From NCBI GenBank assembly GCA_002269645.1, contig NIVC01000636.1:62001-126000 (forward strand): a stretch of DNA of 64,000 bases, read 5' to 3'. Below the pieces are notes generated by a model. It saw nothing but the letters and a program-made list of their open reading frames with translations, had not been told where the DNA came from and did no database searches. Numbering within the stretch: position 1 is the stretch's first letter; each line of letters starts with the position of its first letter. The stretch comes from Macrostomum lignano (Eukaryota). Position numbers and translations under genes: made by a program. Below, piece after piece: positions 25,082-36,800 of this stretch.

Positions 25082-25350
25082 CCCTATTGCAGCGCATGGC
25101 TTAAGTACGCCAGACGCCTACACAACCTGCACCACGCTGTGAAATGACTTACCTGTGAAAGAAACCCTAAAGCAAAATTAGGGTAAACGGCAGGAGTAAC
25201 TATGACTGTCTTATCAAGCCTAAATGCCTCGGCATCTAATTAGTACCGCGCCGCGCCAAACTAATCGCCGCGCGCCATACGCGCTGCGCCGCGCCGTATT
25301 AGATCCGCGCCAGACGCCGTCCGCCAAAATGCCCATGCGCTGCAATCAGG
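25082..25350. mobile_element. MITE, 269 bp, 18-bp TIR, 8-bp TSD CTTTTCAG, carrying a 28S rRNA-like segment
   Basis: Left end CCCTATTGCAGCGCATGG versus right-end reverse complement CCTGATTGCAGCGCATGG. CTTTTCAG at 25074-25081 and 25351-25358. The flanking MULE frame (TFQ) rejoins on excision. Confidence 0.8.
25181..25251 (+). other. 28S rRNA-derived fragment (helix 69-71 region, R2/I-PpoI target); not a functional rRNA gene
   Basis: 59 of 71 positions match, ungapped, the recalled conserved 28S sequence GGGTAAACGGCGGGAGTAACTATGACTCTCTTAAGGTAGCCAAATGCCTCGTCATCTAATTAGTGACGCGC. Confidence 0.8.
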
Positions 25351-27861
25351 CTTTTCAGATGGAGACAAGGGATGAAAAGTATAAAGAGGACACACTGAGT
25401 TTGCTTAGGAAGATGATTTACATGAAAGATGAAGACACTTATATCACATTCTTCAATTAATTTTGCATTGTTGCCAGCATACAACTGCAGCTATTACTAT
25501 TATTGCAGAAATTAACACAAGATTTAAGTCCAATGCCAATGGGTTGCCTAAAAGCTATAGCATGTAAAGCTCAGTGTAAAGCTATTTCTAATAAGCATAT
25601 TGGTTTCTTTTATTTAGATAGAACCAGTTGCTTTGAAAAAGGAATATATACTTTTAATCTTTTAATCAGTGTTCAGGCTAAACTGGTAGAAATAGGCCTA
25701 CAAAAACACAATTTACTATATATTGTTTTTCTTGGTATAAAGCTATTTTTAATAAGCATATTGGTTTTTTTAACTTAGACAAAAGCAGTTGGCGAAATCT
25801 AAAAATGTGGGATAAAATGGTAAAACAAAATGTTAAATATGTTGAAGAATTATAGTGTAAAGTTAAAGTTAAACTTTATAAAGTTAAAGTTAATAAAATA
25901 CATGATTATAGCTTTTCTATCATTTTCATTAGAGTCATTTTAGGTAGTAATTAAACTTACCATTTTAACAAATCATTTTATTAAAAATAAAGCTATACAT
26001 AAATAATTTGTGCTTTTATAGACTATTTTACCTTTTAAAAATTTAAATAAATTTATTTTATAGCTTTAATGCTTTCAAATTGCCAAAAAACGAATTTTCA
26101 TAAAACTTGCCCCCGATTTTTGGATTTTGCCAGTTGCTCTAAAAGTCTAAGAAAGGAATGCATTCTATTAGTCTGCAGTTTCTAGATAGCTCAATAGTAG
26201 GCCATAGTAGTGGAAATGAAGTGATTCCAACTATAAACTAACTAAATAGAGACTAGGCCCCTATAATAAGAAAGAATATATTTCTTAGCTATTTATTTAT
26301 ATTTGTACTTGTATTTATTATATTTCTTTGATCATGTGCATATAAAAACATAATGGATGATAAAATAAGAAATCAAATATTTATTAAATACAAGTTTATA
26401 ATGTAATGAGATAGGCCTAGTTTGTTTTTTAATTGCTTTCAAGAAACATAATTTGAAACTTCAAGGTTTAGTCCTATTGATATTGTTTATACCATAAAAA
26501 TTATATGCACAAAAGATGACTAACATATATATATATATAATTGTAATAACAATATAAGCCTAAAAATGTATATATACTGATAAGCCATACTACTCCAATT
26601 TCGTTTAGTTTTACATTCAATTTTGCAACTTAAAACTTATTAAATTTTTGAGGCGGTTTCATGCATATTGATTGCCCTTAGGCCTACACTATGCTACGAG
26701 TATAATATATCTTTGTAGTGTACCGTGACAATAAGTTCAAAGTTATTCTTACGGTACCGTGGGAATAATTTGGCCACTATACTTACGGTACTGTGACGAT
26801 AAGCACTGCCTTTTAATAACGATTCCAGGAATTACAATTCCAGGAAATTGTCTCAACCGTACAATTGGTTTCGTGGAAATATCTTATTTAAGCCTTCACT
26901 CAGACGGAATTTAAGCTGGACTTGAACATTTAAGTTGTAGTTGCTATATTTTAGCACAATAATTAAAGAATTTTAAGAATTTTAATTAAAAAACAGGACC
27001 TAAAACTAGTTGGTAAGTGCCACTACCGGAACTCGAACGTTTCTACGCATGCGGTTGTAAAAATGAGACAAAACAATCCGGAAGTCCTCGTTGTTAAAGA
27101 AAAACAAAGCCTACTAAAAATATAATAAATCTCATCTTTTGTTGCTAAAATTTAGTAAGCAGGAATTTTTTAAAGTATAATTAATAGCGTTAAGTGTATA
27201 CTAACTTAGCTAAAAAATGCTAGCTTCATAATTTTGTACGAAATTTGCCTTTTAAATTATTTTGAAATTTATTACTAAAATGTTTGAATTGACGATTAGC
27301 TCGCTCGATAGGACGGCTGACGAACTTTCATTTACTCATAGTCATTGTGTGTCAAATTATGCATGAAAACATGCTCCTTTATTAAACACTAAAATCGCCG
27401 TTTAACATAGCCGTCAGTAATTTCGCTCTGCAATTTCAGTTTTACCGTGTTTTTTTTGTTGAAAGAAGTTTTAAATGATATTTTAATAATATAGTTATCG
27501 AAGAAGTCGATTTTTTATTTAATTTAAAAACTTCATAGGCCATTTTTATTTATAATTCTAGTAACAAATCCAAAATTTAATTTGATATAATGTTTCTTCT
27601 GCTTTTTGTTGAACTCATAGATTTTTATAATGTATTCTTTTATTGTAAATTAATTTTTAAACAGTAAATTGTTGTCATGTAATGCCTAGTTATGTAGAGT
27701 TAGAATTTACTCTTTCTATCCTAGACGAAAGGAGTTTTATTGTTTATTAAAGTACCTCAAAGAAAACTTAGTTTTATCATTGTTTTATTTATATGAATTG
27801 GTTAAATACATCTTTGTATATTATCAATGCATTTACAATTTTTCAGCTTTTAAAATCAGCA

Positions 27862-30800
27862 ATGACATCACAACTTGTTGTTAAAACAAACTTCAGCCAG
27901 GCTACTGATGATACAAATTTGGTAAATGTTATTATTGTTATTTATTAGAAATATTCTATTATAAATTATGTAAGTTTTACTTTTACTTTTGAAGAAAATT
28001 AGATAGAGTTTTTATATGTAAGTTATAGCCTCTTTTTTAATTACATTGGTTTTGACCTCTATATTTATATTTGACTGCCAATTATAATTGTCCCACCTTG
28101 CAAAAAATATAAATCAGATTGCTATATTGACATTATCTATTTACTTGACCTACCTAATTGTCCCAATCAAATTGCAAATGACTTGAGATAGCTACTATTT
28201 ATAAGTGATCTGACCCACTTAACACCAACTAGTATCCCAACCCACTCAACCAATCATAGGCATCCCAACCTATCTAACCAATCATATGCACCTCAACTTA
28301 TCTAACAAATCATAGGCATCCCAACCTACCCAAATAATCATAGGTACCCCAACCCACCCAATCAATCACAGGTGCCCAAACTCACCCAACCAATCACATG
28401 TGCCCCAACCCACCCAACCAATCACAGGCGCCCTAACCCACCCAATCATAGGCACCCCAACCTATCCAATCACAGGTGCCTCAAACCACCTAATCAATCA
28501 CAGATGCCCCAACCCACCCAACCAATCACAAGTGCCCCAACCCACCCAACCAATCACAGGTGCCTTAACCTACCCAACCAATCATGGGCACCCCAACTCA
28601 CCTAACCAATCACAGGTACCCCAACCCACCCACTCAATTACAGGCCCCCAACCCACCCGACCAATCACAGGTGTCCCGACCTAACCAATCAGAGGTGCCC
28701 CAAACCCGACCAATCACAGGCGCCCCAACCCAACCAAACCAGTCACAAGCAATCTGACCCACCCAACCAATCGCAGGTGATCAGACGCATCCATGAGAAG
28801 TGCCGAGCAGTGCTGGCCACCATTGCCTACCTGCGGCGCATCTTCCTCCGCAAGGAGGCTCTGTCGCAGCTGGAGGCGCTGCAGTTTCTGCTGCTGGGTC
28901 AGCACCAGGAGATCATCCACGCTGTAAATGCTGTGTGCCATGAGCTCCTGCAGAAGTAAGTCCTCGAGATCGAATTGTCCTGTAAACTTGGCAGAATGCC
29001 ATGTTTGAGCTAGTCCGAGAGAGCACGAAGTGGCTAAAGCTAAGCGAGATGTAACGCTAGCGAATGTACAATGAACATGACACGCCGAAGTGCTCGCGAC
29101 AGCGAAGCTGATGCCATTCACACTGTTACAGTACTAGTTGTCATCAGTAGTACGTAACGATTGCCGCACTTTCCCGCAGGCAGCGCCAGGAGTTCAACAG
29201 CCTGATGTCAGCGGCCAACGGCACTCTGGCGGTGCTCTGTTGCTGGCTGGACAAGGCGCTGCTGTCCTCTGACGCCTTCAACCACATCGCTGGCAACGGC
29301 TTGATCAGCGGCTACCAGGGAAAGATTGAGGTGGGCTATGGTGTACTCAGGGACTGGAGACCGCTGAGGGACAGAGGGGCTGCGGACTGCTGAGGGACAG
29401 AGGGGGCTGGGACTGCTGAGGGACAGAGGGGGCTGGGGACTGCTGAGGGACAGAGGGGGCTGGGACTGCTGAGGGACAGAGGGGCTGCGGACTGCTGAGG
29501 GACAGAGGGGGCTGGGACTGCTGAGGGACAGAGGGGGCTGGGGACTGCTGAGGGACAGAGGGGGCTGGGACTGCTGAGGGACAGAGGGGGCTGGGACTGC
29601 TGAGGGACAGAGGGGGCTGGGGACTGCTGAGGGACAGAGGGGGCTGGGGACTGCTGAGGGACAGAGGGGGCTGGGACTGCTGAGGGACAGAGGGCGCTGG
29701 GGACTGCTGAGGGACAGAGGGGCTGGGGACTGCTGAGGGACAGAGTGGGCTGGGGAATGCTGAGGGACAGAGGGGGCTGGGGACTGCTGAGGGACAGAGG
29801 GGGCTGGGACTGCTGAGGGACAGAGGGGGCTGGGACTGCTGAGGGACAGAGGGGGCTGGGGACTGCTGATCAAAGTCCAATTTGGTATTGATTGCGAAAT
29901 CAATGCGTTGGATTAGTAACTATTTCAGTCATTAAATTATTAGTTTTTGTTAATATTCAATATTAATGTAGCAAAATTTATTAAGTTAAATGCATGCGCT
30001 TTGCTGGCTTATCACGTGACCCGCTACCCACCCCCCCCCAAGCCCTTCCCCCGCCGCCGGGCTTTCCGCACGGAGACCTGCAGGCGCTTCACTCCTGCCC
30101 TGCTGCAGTGAGAACTGGCGGGCTCTCCTGCGCCCCCACCCCTCCTGGCACAGCGGGGGGCCGCCTGCCTGTGCAAACAGCGCCAACCAAAGCGTGCTGC
30201 GTTTATTGTTTTAAACTGGTTGCCCCCCCCCTCACTGAGCCCCCCAGTCCGAGGGTGAGGTAAGGAGAGTGCCCGCGCGGCACCCAGCCTGGGCACTGCC
30301 AGCCTATTTAAGGCACAAGCGAAAGCAGAAATTCTCAGCGCATTCCCGAATCGGAAATCGGATTCTCGGCTCTGAGACGCTCCAACTTGTGCTGACATTG
30401 TTTAACTGGGTGACTCAGGTCTGTTTAATTTTGATCATCTGAGCCCATCTAACTTGTCTGTGTTTGCGTGGGCGGGGCGCCGAGCGGTCGTATTTTAAAA
30501 CCTGCGCTGCTGTTATCTCCGGGCTCTGACGCAACTCTTGGCCCGCGATTTCCGCGCACTGCAGCTTTCAATTGGCGATTGTCGGCCATGGCGCAGAAGG
30601 TAAAGCCTTTAAGCTGGTTTCTAGTTGTGGCATTAATCCAATCAAACTTGACAGTACGAGATTGTTCAGAAACTTATCAATATTGATTCTCAGATTCAGC
30701 TAAGCATAATTTTACCCGATTGACTTTTTGCCTGATCTTTTCTGAATTATTAACCCAGATTGGCCTACTTATAGTAGTGCAATATGTGCAAACAGTCAAA

Positions 30801-33800
30801 TAATTCTGCACTTTAATGTCAAATAATTCTGGCAGTGACTGAGAATTCTTTCTCATCTTGCCAATCCCGCTCTGTATCTCACCAATCCCGCTCTGCATCT
30901 TGCCAATCCCGCTCTGTATCTCACCAATCCCGCTCTGTATCTTACCAATCCCGCTCTGTATCTCACCAATCCCGCTCTGTATCTCACCAATCCCGCTCTG
31001 TATCTTGCCAATCCCGCTCTGTATCTCACCAATCCCGCTCTGTATCTTACCAATCCCGCTCTGTATCTTGTCAATCCCGCTCTGTATCTCACCAATCCCG
31101 CTCTGTATCTTACCAATCCCGCTCTGTATCTTGTCAATCCCGCTCTGTATCTTGCCAATCCCGCTCTGTATCTCACCAATCCCGCTCTGTATCTTGCCAA
31201 TCCCGCTCTGTATCTCACCAATCCCGCTCTGTATCTTACCAATCCCGCTCTGTATCTTGTCAATCCCGCTCTGTATCTTACCAATCCCGCTCTGTATCTC
31301 ACCAATCCCGCTCTGTATCTTACCAATCCCGCTCTGTATCTTACCAATCCCGCTCTGTATCTCACCAATCCCGCTCTGTATCTTGCCAATCCCGCTCTGT
31401 ATCTTGCCAATCCCGCTCTGTATCTTGCCAATCCCGCTCTGTATCTTGTCAATCCCGCTCTGTATCTCACCAATCCCGCTCTGTATCTCACCAATCCCGC
31501 TCTGTATCTCACCAATCCCGCTCTGTATCTTACCAATCCCGCTCTGTATCTTGCCAATCCCGCTCTGTATCTTACCAATCCCGCTCTGTATCTCACCAAT
31601 CCCGCTCTGTATCTTACCAATCCCGCTCTGTATCTTACCAATCCCGCTCTGTATCTCACCAATCCCGCTCTGTATCTTACCAATCCCGCTCTGTATCTTA
31701 CCAATCCCGCTCTGTATCTCACCAATCCCGCTCTGTATCTTACCAATCCCGCTCTGTATCTTACCAATCCCGCTCTGTATCTTACCAATCCCGCTCTGTA
31801 TCTTACCAATCCCGCTCTGTATCTTACCAATCCCGCTCTGTATCTCACCAATCCCGCTCTGTATCTCACCAATCCCACTCTGTATCTTACCAATCCCGCT
31901 CTGTATCTTACCAATCCCGCTCTGTATCTTACCAATCCCGCTCTGTATCTTGCCAATCCCGCTCTGTATCTCACCAATCCCGCTCTGTATCTCACCAATC
32001 CCGCTCTGTATCTCACCAATCCCGCTCTGTATCTCACCAATCCCGCTCTGTATCTTACCAATCCCGCTCTGTATCTTACCAATCCCGCTCTGTATCTCAC
32101 CAATCCCGCTCTGTATCTCACCAATCCCGCTCTGTATCTTGCCAATACTGCCCTGTGTGCCAATCAGTAAAATATGCCATTACAAATTGATTCGATTTTG
32201 AATTCTGCCATTCCGCGCCCAGTCCAGATTACTTAGATGTCCAGGCAGCTGGCATGCACGCCCACCCAGCTCGGCAGCCTTGTGGGATCTCCCTCGGTGC
32301 AAATTCCAAAATTGGATTTGGCCGCTATCACAGCCCATCCTTGATGGCGAGAAAATGAGAAGGGTTGGGAGCAGAAGCGTCCGGGAGCTGGGGTCTGTCG
32401 GCGAGGGCAGGCAGAGCTGTGTGAGACAAGTGAACTGAAGGCGCAGTCAGTGTGAAAACCCCAGGCTTTCGGTTTATCCTGAAGTCATGCGTCATCATAA
32501 AAACTCTGAAACTTGGCGAGCCGAGCCAGTTAGCACGGCCAAGCGTGAAGCGCAGTGCAGAGCATTTCCGAATAGCAAACATATCATAACGCTTTATAAA
32601 CAAGTTCAGACGATTGTAAAACCTGTTGCTTTGGTTTTTGCTGCAGATTTTGCCGGTTGGTGGCTGCCCGCCCCCCGCGCCCAGCCAACCAGGCGAAAGC
32701 GAAAGTTGCATTTAACTGCCTGCCGTCTCTCAGACACAGCCGTCTTGCCCTGCCCCAACTGTTTCAGGCTCTGATTGCGACCTGCCAAGGACTGCCAATG
32801 GACTCGCTGGATTGGTGAGTATCAATGTCTTTCTTTTCTTTTTTGTATTTTTGTTGCATCTCGATTCTGTCTTCCTTTCAAGGCAATTCTGGGTTCGCTA
32901 CTCTTCCTCCCGGGGCACCGCAAATCCAAGTAGCGATCGGCTGCAATTCCCCAGCTGTGCCACTCCCAGCCTTTTAGCCCGGTTTCTTGCCGGCCCACCT
33001 GTGCCGCCCTTCAACTCTGCGCTGGCCGCCTGGCCCCAGGGGTGACGGAGGCTCCGGCTGCACTTTTGGGTCACCGACTGGTGCCCTCTGGCTGAAGCTG
33101 GTGGAAGCGGGGGGGGGTCCGGGAAAACCAGCTTTTTCCATCCCGCTCTTGGCAAGCACTCGAAACCCGAAACCGCCGTCTCACCCACCGCAGCGCCAGC
33201 GCCCCGGCCAGGAACTCGCTGCCCACCGCCTCCGAGCTGGACCGCTGCCTGGATGATGAGAAAATGATGCAGAGCATCCTCACCGTCTCCCAGCGGCTCA
33301 AATCCCTGCAGGGCCCCTCCGCTGACGACCCGGCGGCCGGCGCCTCCGCCTCCTTCCTGGCCGCTGGCGCCGACAATGGCAGCAGCGTCGGCTCGACCGA
33401 CAGCATCGGCTCCTCGGTGGAGTCAGGCGGCTCCGAGGACTCCACGCAGAGCGAGGAGGAGTTCACCGAGGACCTCGTCAGCGTCAACGGCGTGCTGTAC
33501 AAGCGGAAGGTTCGCAAGCGGCGCCGGCAGAAGGTAGTGCGCACGCGGACTGTCGTGATGTCCTCTGGGCCGCCGCTGGCCCTCACCGCCACCGACTGTT
33601 TGGCGCTCGGTCCGGCGCAGCCGCAGCTTCCACTGCCGCCGCATCTCCAGGAGCAGCAGCAGCAGCTGGCCGCCTCCTCAGAGGCTGGCCGGGACGCCAG
33701 CTTTCGGTCGGATGCGACGTCCGGCTACCACTCCATCATGTTCGGCGCCAGCGACTTTCCGCCGCCGCCGCCGCCTCCCCCGCCTCCGCAGCAGCAGAAG

Positions 33801-36800
33801 CAGCAGCCGTCACCGGCATCGCAGCCCGATGGGTCGCCACCGCCAAAGCCGCCGCCGCCCGGCAGCGTGTCCGACCCGATGTCCGAGTCAGTCGTTTCGC
33901 TGCGAAAGCCGGAGGAACCTTCGCAACGTCTGGGTGAGTCCCGCTAGGGTTCAGAGAGTCAAAGATTCAGAGTCAGAGGTTCAGAGCCAGAGATTCAGTC
34001 AGAGATTCAGAGCCAGAGATTCAGTCAGAGATTCAGAGCCAGAGATTCAGAGTCAGAGATTCAGAGTCAGAGATTCAGAGTCAGAGATTCAGAGTCAGAG
34101 ATTCAGAGTCAGAGATTCAGAGCCAGAGATTCAGAGTCAGAGATTCAGAGTCAGAGATTCAGAGCCAGAGATTCAGAGTCAGAGATTCAGAGTCAGAGAT
34201 TCAGAGCCAGAGATTCAGAGCCAGAGATTCAGAGCCAGAGATTCAGAGCCAGAGATTCAGAGCCAGAGATTCAGCCAGAGATTCAGAGCCAGAGATTCAG
34301 AGTCAGAGATTCAGAGTCAGAGATTCAGAGTCAGAGATTCAGAGCCAGAGATTCAGAGCCAGAGATTCAGAGCCAGAGATTCAGAGCCAGAGATTCAGCC
34401 AGAGATTCAGAGCCAGAGATTCAGAGTCAGAGATTCAGAGTCAGAGATTCAGTCAGAGATTCAGACTTCAGAGCCAGAGATTCAGAGTCAGAGATTCAGA
34501 GTCAGAGATTCAGAGCCAGAGATTCAGAGCCAGAGATTCAGAGTCAGAGATTCAGAGTCAGAGATTCAGAGCCAGAGATTCAGAGAGTCAAAGATTCAGA
34601 GTCAGAGGTTCAGAGTCAGAGATTCAGAGTCAGAGATTCAGTCAGAGATTCAGAGTCAGAGGTTCAGAGTCAGAGATTCAGAGCCAGAGATTCAGTCAGA
34701 GATTCAGTCAGAGATTCAAAGTCAGAGATTCAGAGTCAGAGATTCAGAGCCAGAGATTCAGAGTCAGAGGTTCAGAGTCAGAGATTCAGTGCCAGGCAGT
34801 GTCCGAAGGCGAAATTGAGTCAGTCAGCGAGCCAGATCTCCATAGCAACGGGCAGGAGAGCAGACGCAAGGTTTTCACCTCTCACAAATTAATCTCAGCT
34901 GGCAGTTCAGAGCCGCTAAACAACTGGCTGTCAATAATAAGATTGTAAAGATGGGCTGAGCTGAGCTGATGAAGCTGCCAGCTGATTGACTGCGGCGTTG
35001 AGGGAGTTGTGCCGCCCGCAGTTGGGGATTCGGGAGGCTGCCGCCCTCCCCCCTGAAAATTGAAGTCCCACGCCAATTATCCCGGTGAATGGGAAGCCCG
35101 GGGCATCCGCATCCCGGTCGCCCAAGCTGCTCCGTCTTATTCTCCTATTTTGTCTTCATCAGCGGCCCGCTCCGCTCAGCATCCGCCTGCCCCCCCCCTT
35201 CGGGCTCCGTCTCTCATTTTTCTCAGCCTGCGGCCTCGGGCGGCCAGCGTTCGCCGGAAGCGGCGTTTAATTAGAGATGAAGCAAAGGAGGCTGGGACTG
35301 GCGGCCTTTTACTCGCCGCAGACTCGCCCCGGCCCCGGCAGTGGCGTGCGCTGCCGAGGAGGCTCCGCTCGGATTGCCGGCAGAAAAGTCTCGCGCGGCT
35401 TCCGCACGAGCGGCTGAGGGGCGGGCGGGGGCGTCACGCGATTGTCGTAAACAAAATTCCGGGAGAGGCCGGGGCGGCGCGCAGTTGCCGAGGGTCAATC
35501 GCTAAGTTGCTGGAGTGTCTCGGACGCAAAAGATCCTCAAGGGGATCGGAGGGGAATCGAGCGGCAAATGCGCAGAAGCAGCGGCTTGTCTTTCTTCCCA
35601 ATCCCCCCCCACCGATTCGTCATCTCCGTATCGCTGGCCCGGCGGGATCTGAAAACCGCGATGGGGGCGGCAGCTGCGCCGCCATGCATGCAGGGGGCAG
35701 AGGATTCCAAGGACAGCCCCGCGGCTGGCTGAGTCAGCGGAGCCGCCGCAGCTCTCAGGCGACTCGCTGCAGCCGAGGCAGTTTATAGCGAGGCCTGTCA
35801 GAGAATCGGGCCAGGGCCGCTCGGGGCGCAGCCGGCTTTGGAATCGGAAAGTGTTGAGCTCGGGGGCTGGGAGTGTGCAACCCGAGCCTCCCTGCGGCTG
35901 CGTGCCCCGCGGCGCCGGCGGAGCGATAAGCGAAGAGGGCAGCGAGGCGGCAACTCCCGCTTAGCCCTGCTGTGCCTGGCCAGGCCTATTAGCGGCTGCT
36001 TATTGTAACCAGCCTGGACTGCACAGGGAACTTGGCTGGCTCTTATTCTGCGCAGCGACCGCGTGAACACTTTTCCACTCTCCATTTGTTTCTACTCGGC
36101 TTTTCGTTATTTTTCTCTGTTGTTGCTATGGCGACCCAGTTTTTTTCTTTCTTTAAGCATGCAAATTAGGGGAAACTGGGTCATCGGCAATGAAACTGTC
36201 ACTGGTTCACTCATTATCACACTCTGGTTCACTCAGTGCTTCAATCACTCGTTCATTCAGTGCCTCACTCAGTTGTTCACCAGTGTCTCACTCACTGGTT
36301 CACTCACATTCCACACTCACTGGCTCACACATTCCACACTCACTGGCTCACACATTCCACACTCACTGGTTCACTCACATTCCACACTCACTGGCTCACT
36401 CAGTGCCACACTTACTGGTGAACCAGTTCACCCATTGTCACTAATTGCAGTGAACCAGTTCACCCATTGTCACTCATTGCAGTGAACCAGTTCACCCATT
36501 GTCACTAATTGCAGTGAACCAGTTCACCCATTGTCACTCATTTCAGTGAACCAGTTCACCCATTGTCACTAATTGCAGTGAACCAGTTCACCCATTGTCA
36601 CTCATTGCAGTGAACCAGTTCACCCATTGTCACTCATTGCAGTGAACCAGTACATGCAGATGCTGGCTGGCTACGACCGCGAGCTGACGGACTTCAGCAG
36701 GCACTCCATGGACTCCTTCAACATGTTCCATTCGCGCTGGCACAAGCTGGTCTCCAGCGACGCGCCGCACGAGCGCAGCAAGACAATCTCGCTGGTGACG

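Larger units (their letters stand above)
23870..25540 (+). pseudogene. Decayed MULE/Mutator transposase (ZSWIM1/3-like), interrupted by two MITEs
   Basis: Broken translation KDIEHMLRLGCNKKLLQ...AILFQN...LFVDAMYKLNKL*M...VEDVNRE..IVAIWIVKNE [MITE] VILDKDYIEQ...LEICLFHVM*TF [MITE] QMETRDEK. It matches the MULE D(A)xYK, DKD and CxFH motifs; contains stops and frameshifts. Confidence 0.75.

Noticed and set aside
25181-25251. Functional rRNA gene
   Set aside because: Only 71 nt, the helix-69 pairing is broken, and it is embedded in a MITE.
30835-32201. Long ORFs of 436-451 aa in three frames
   Set aside because: They are translations of a stop-free 21-bp intronic minisatellite inside RAPGEF1; there is no evidence they are real proteins.
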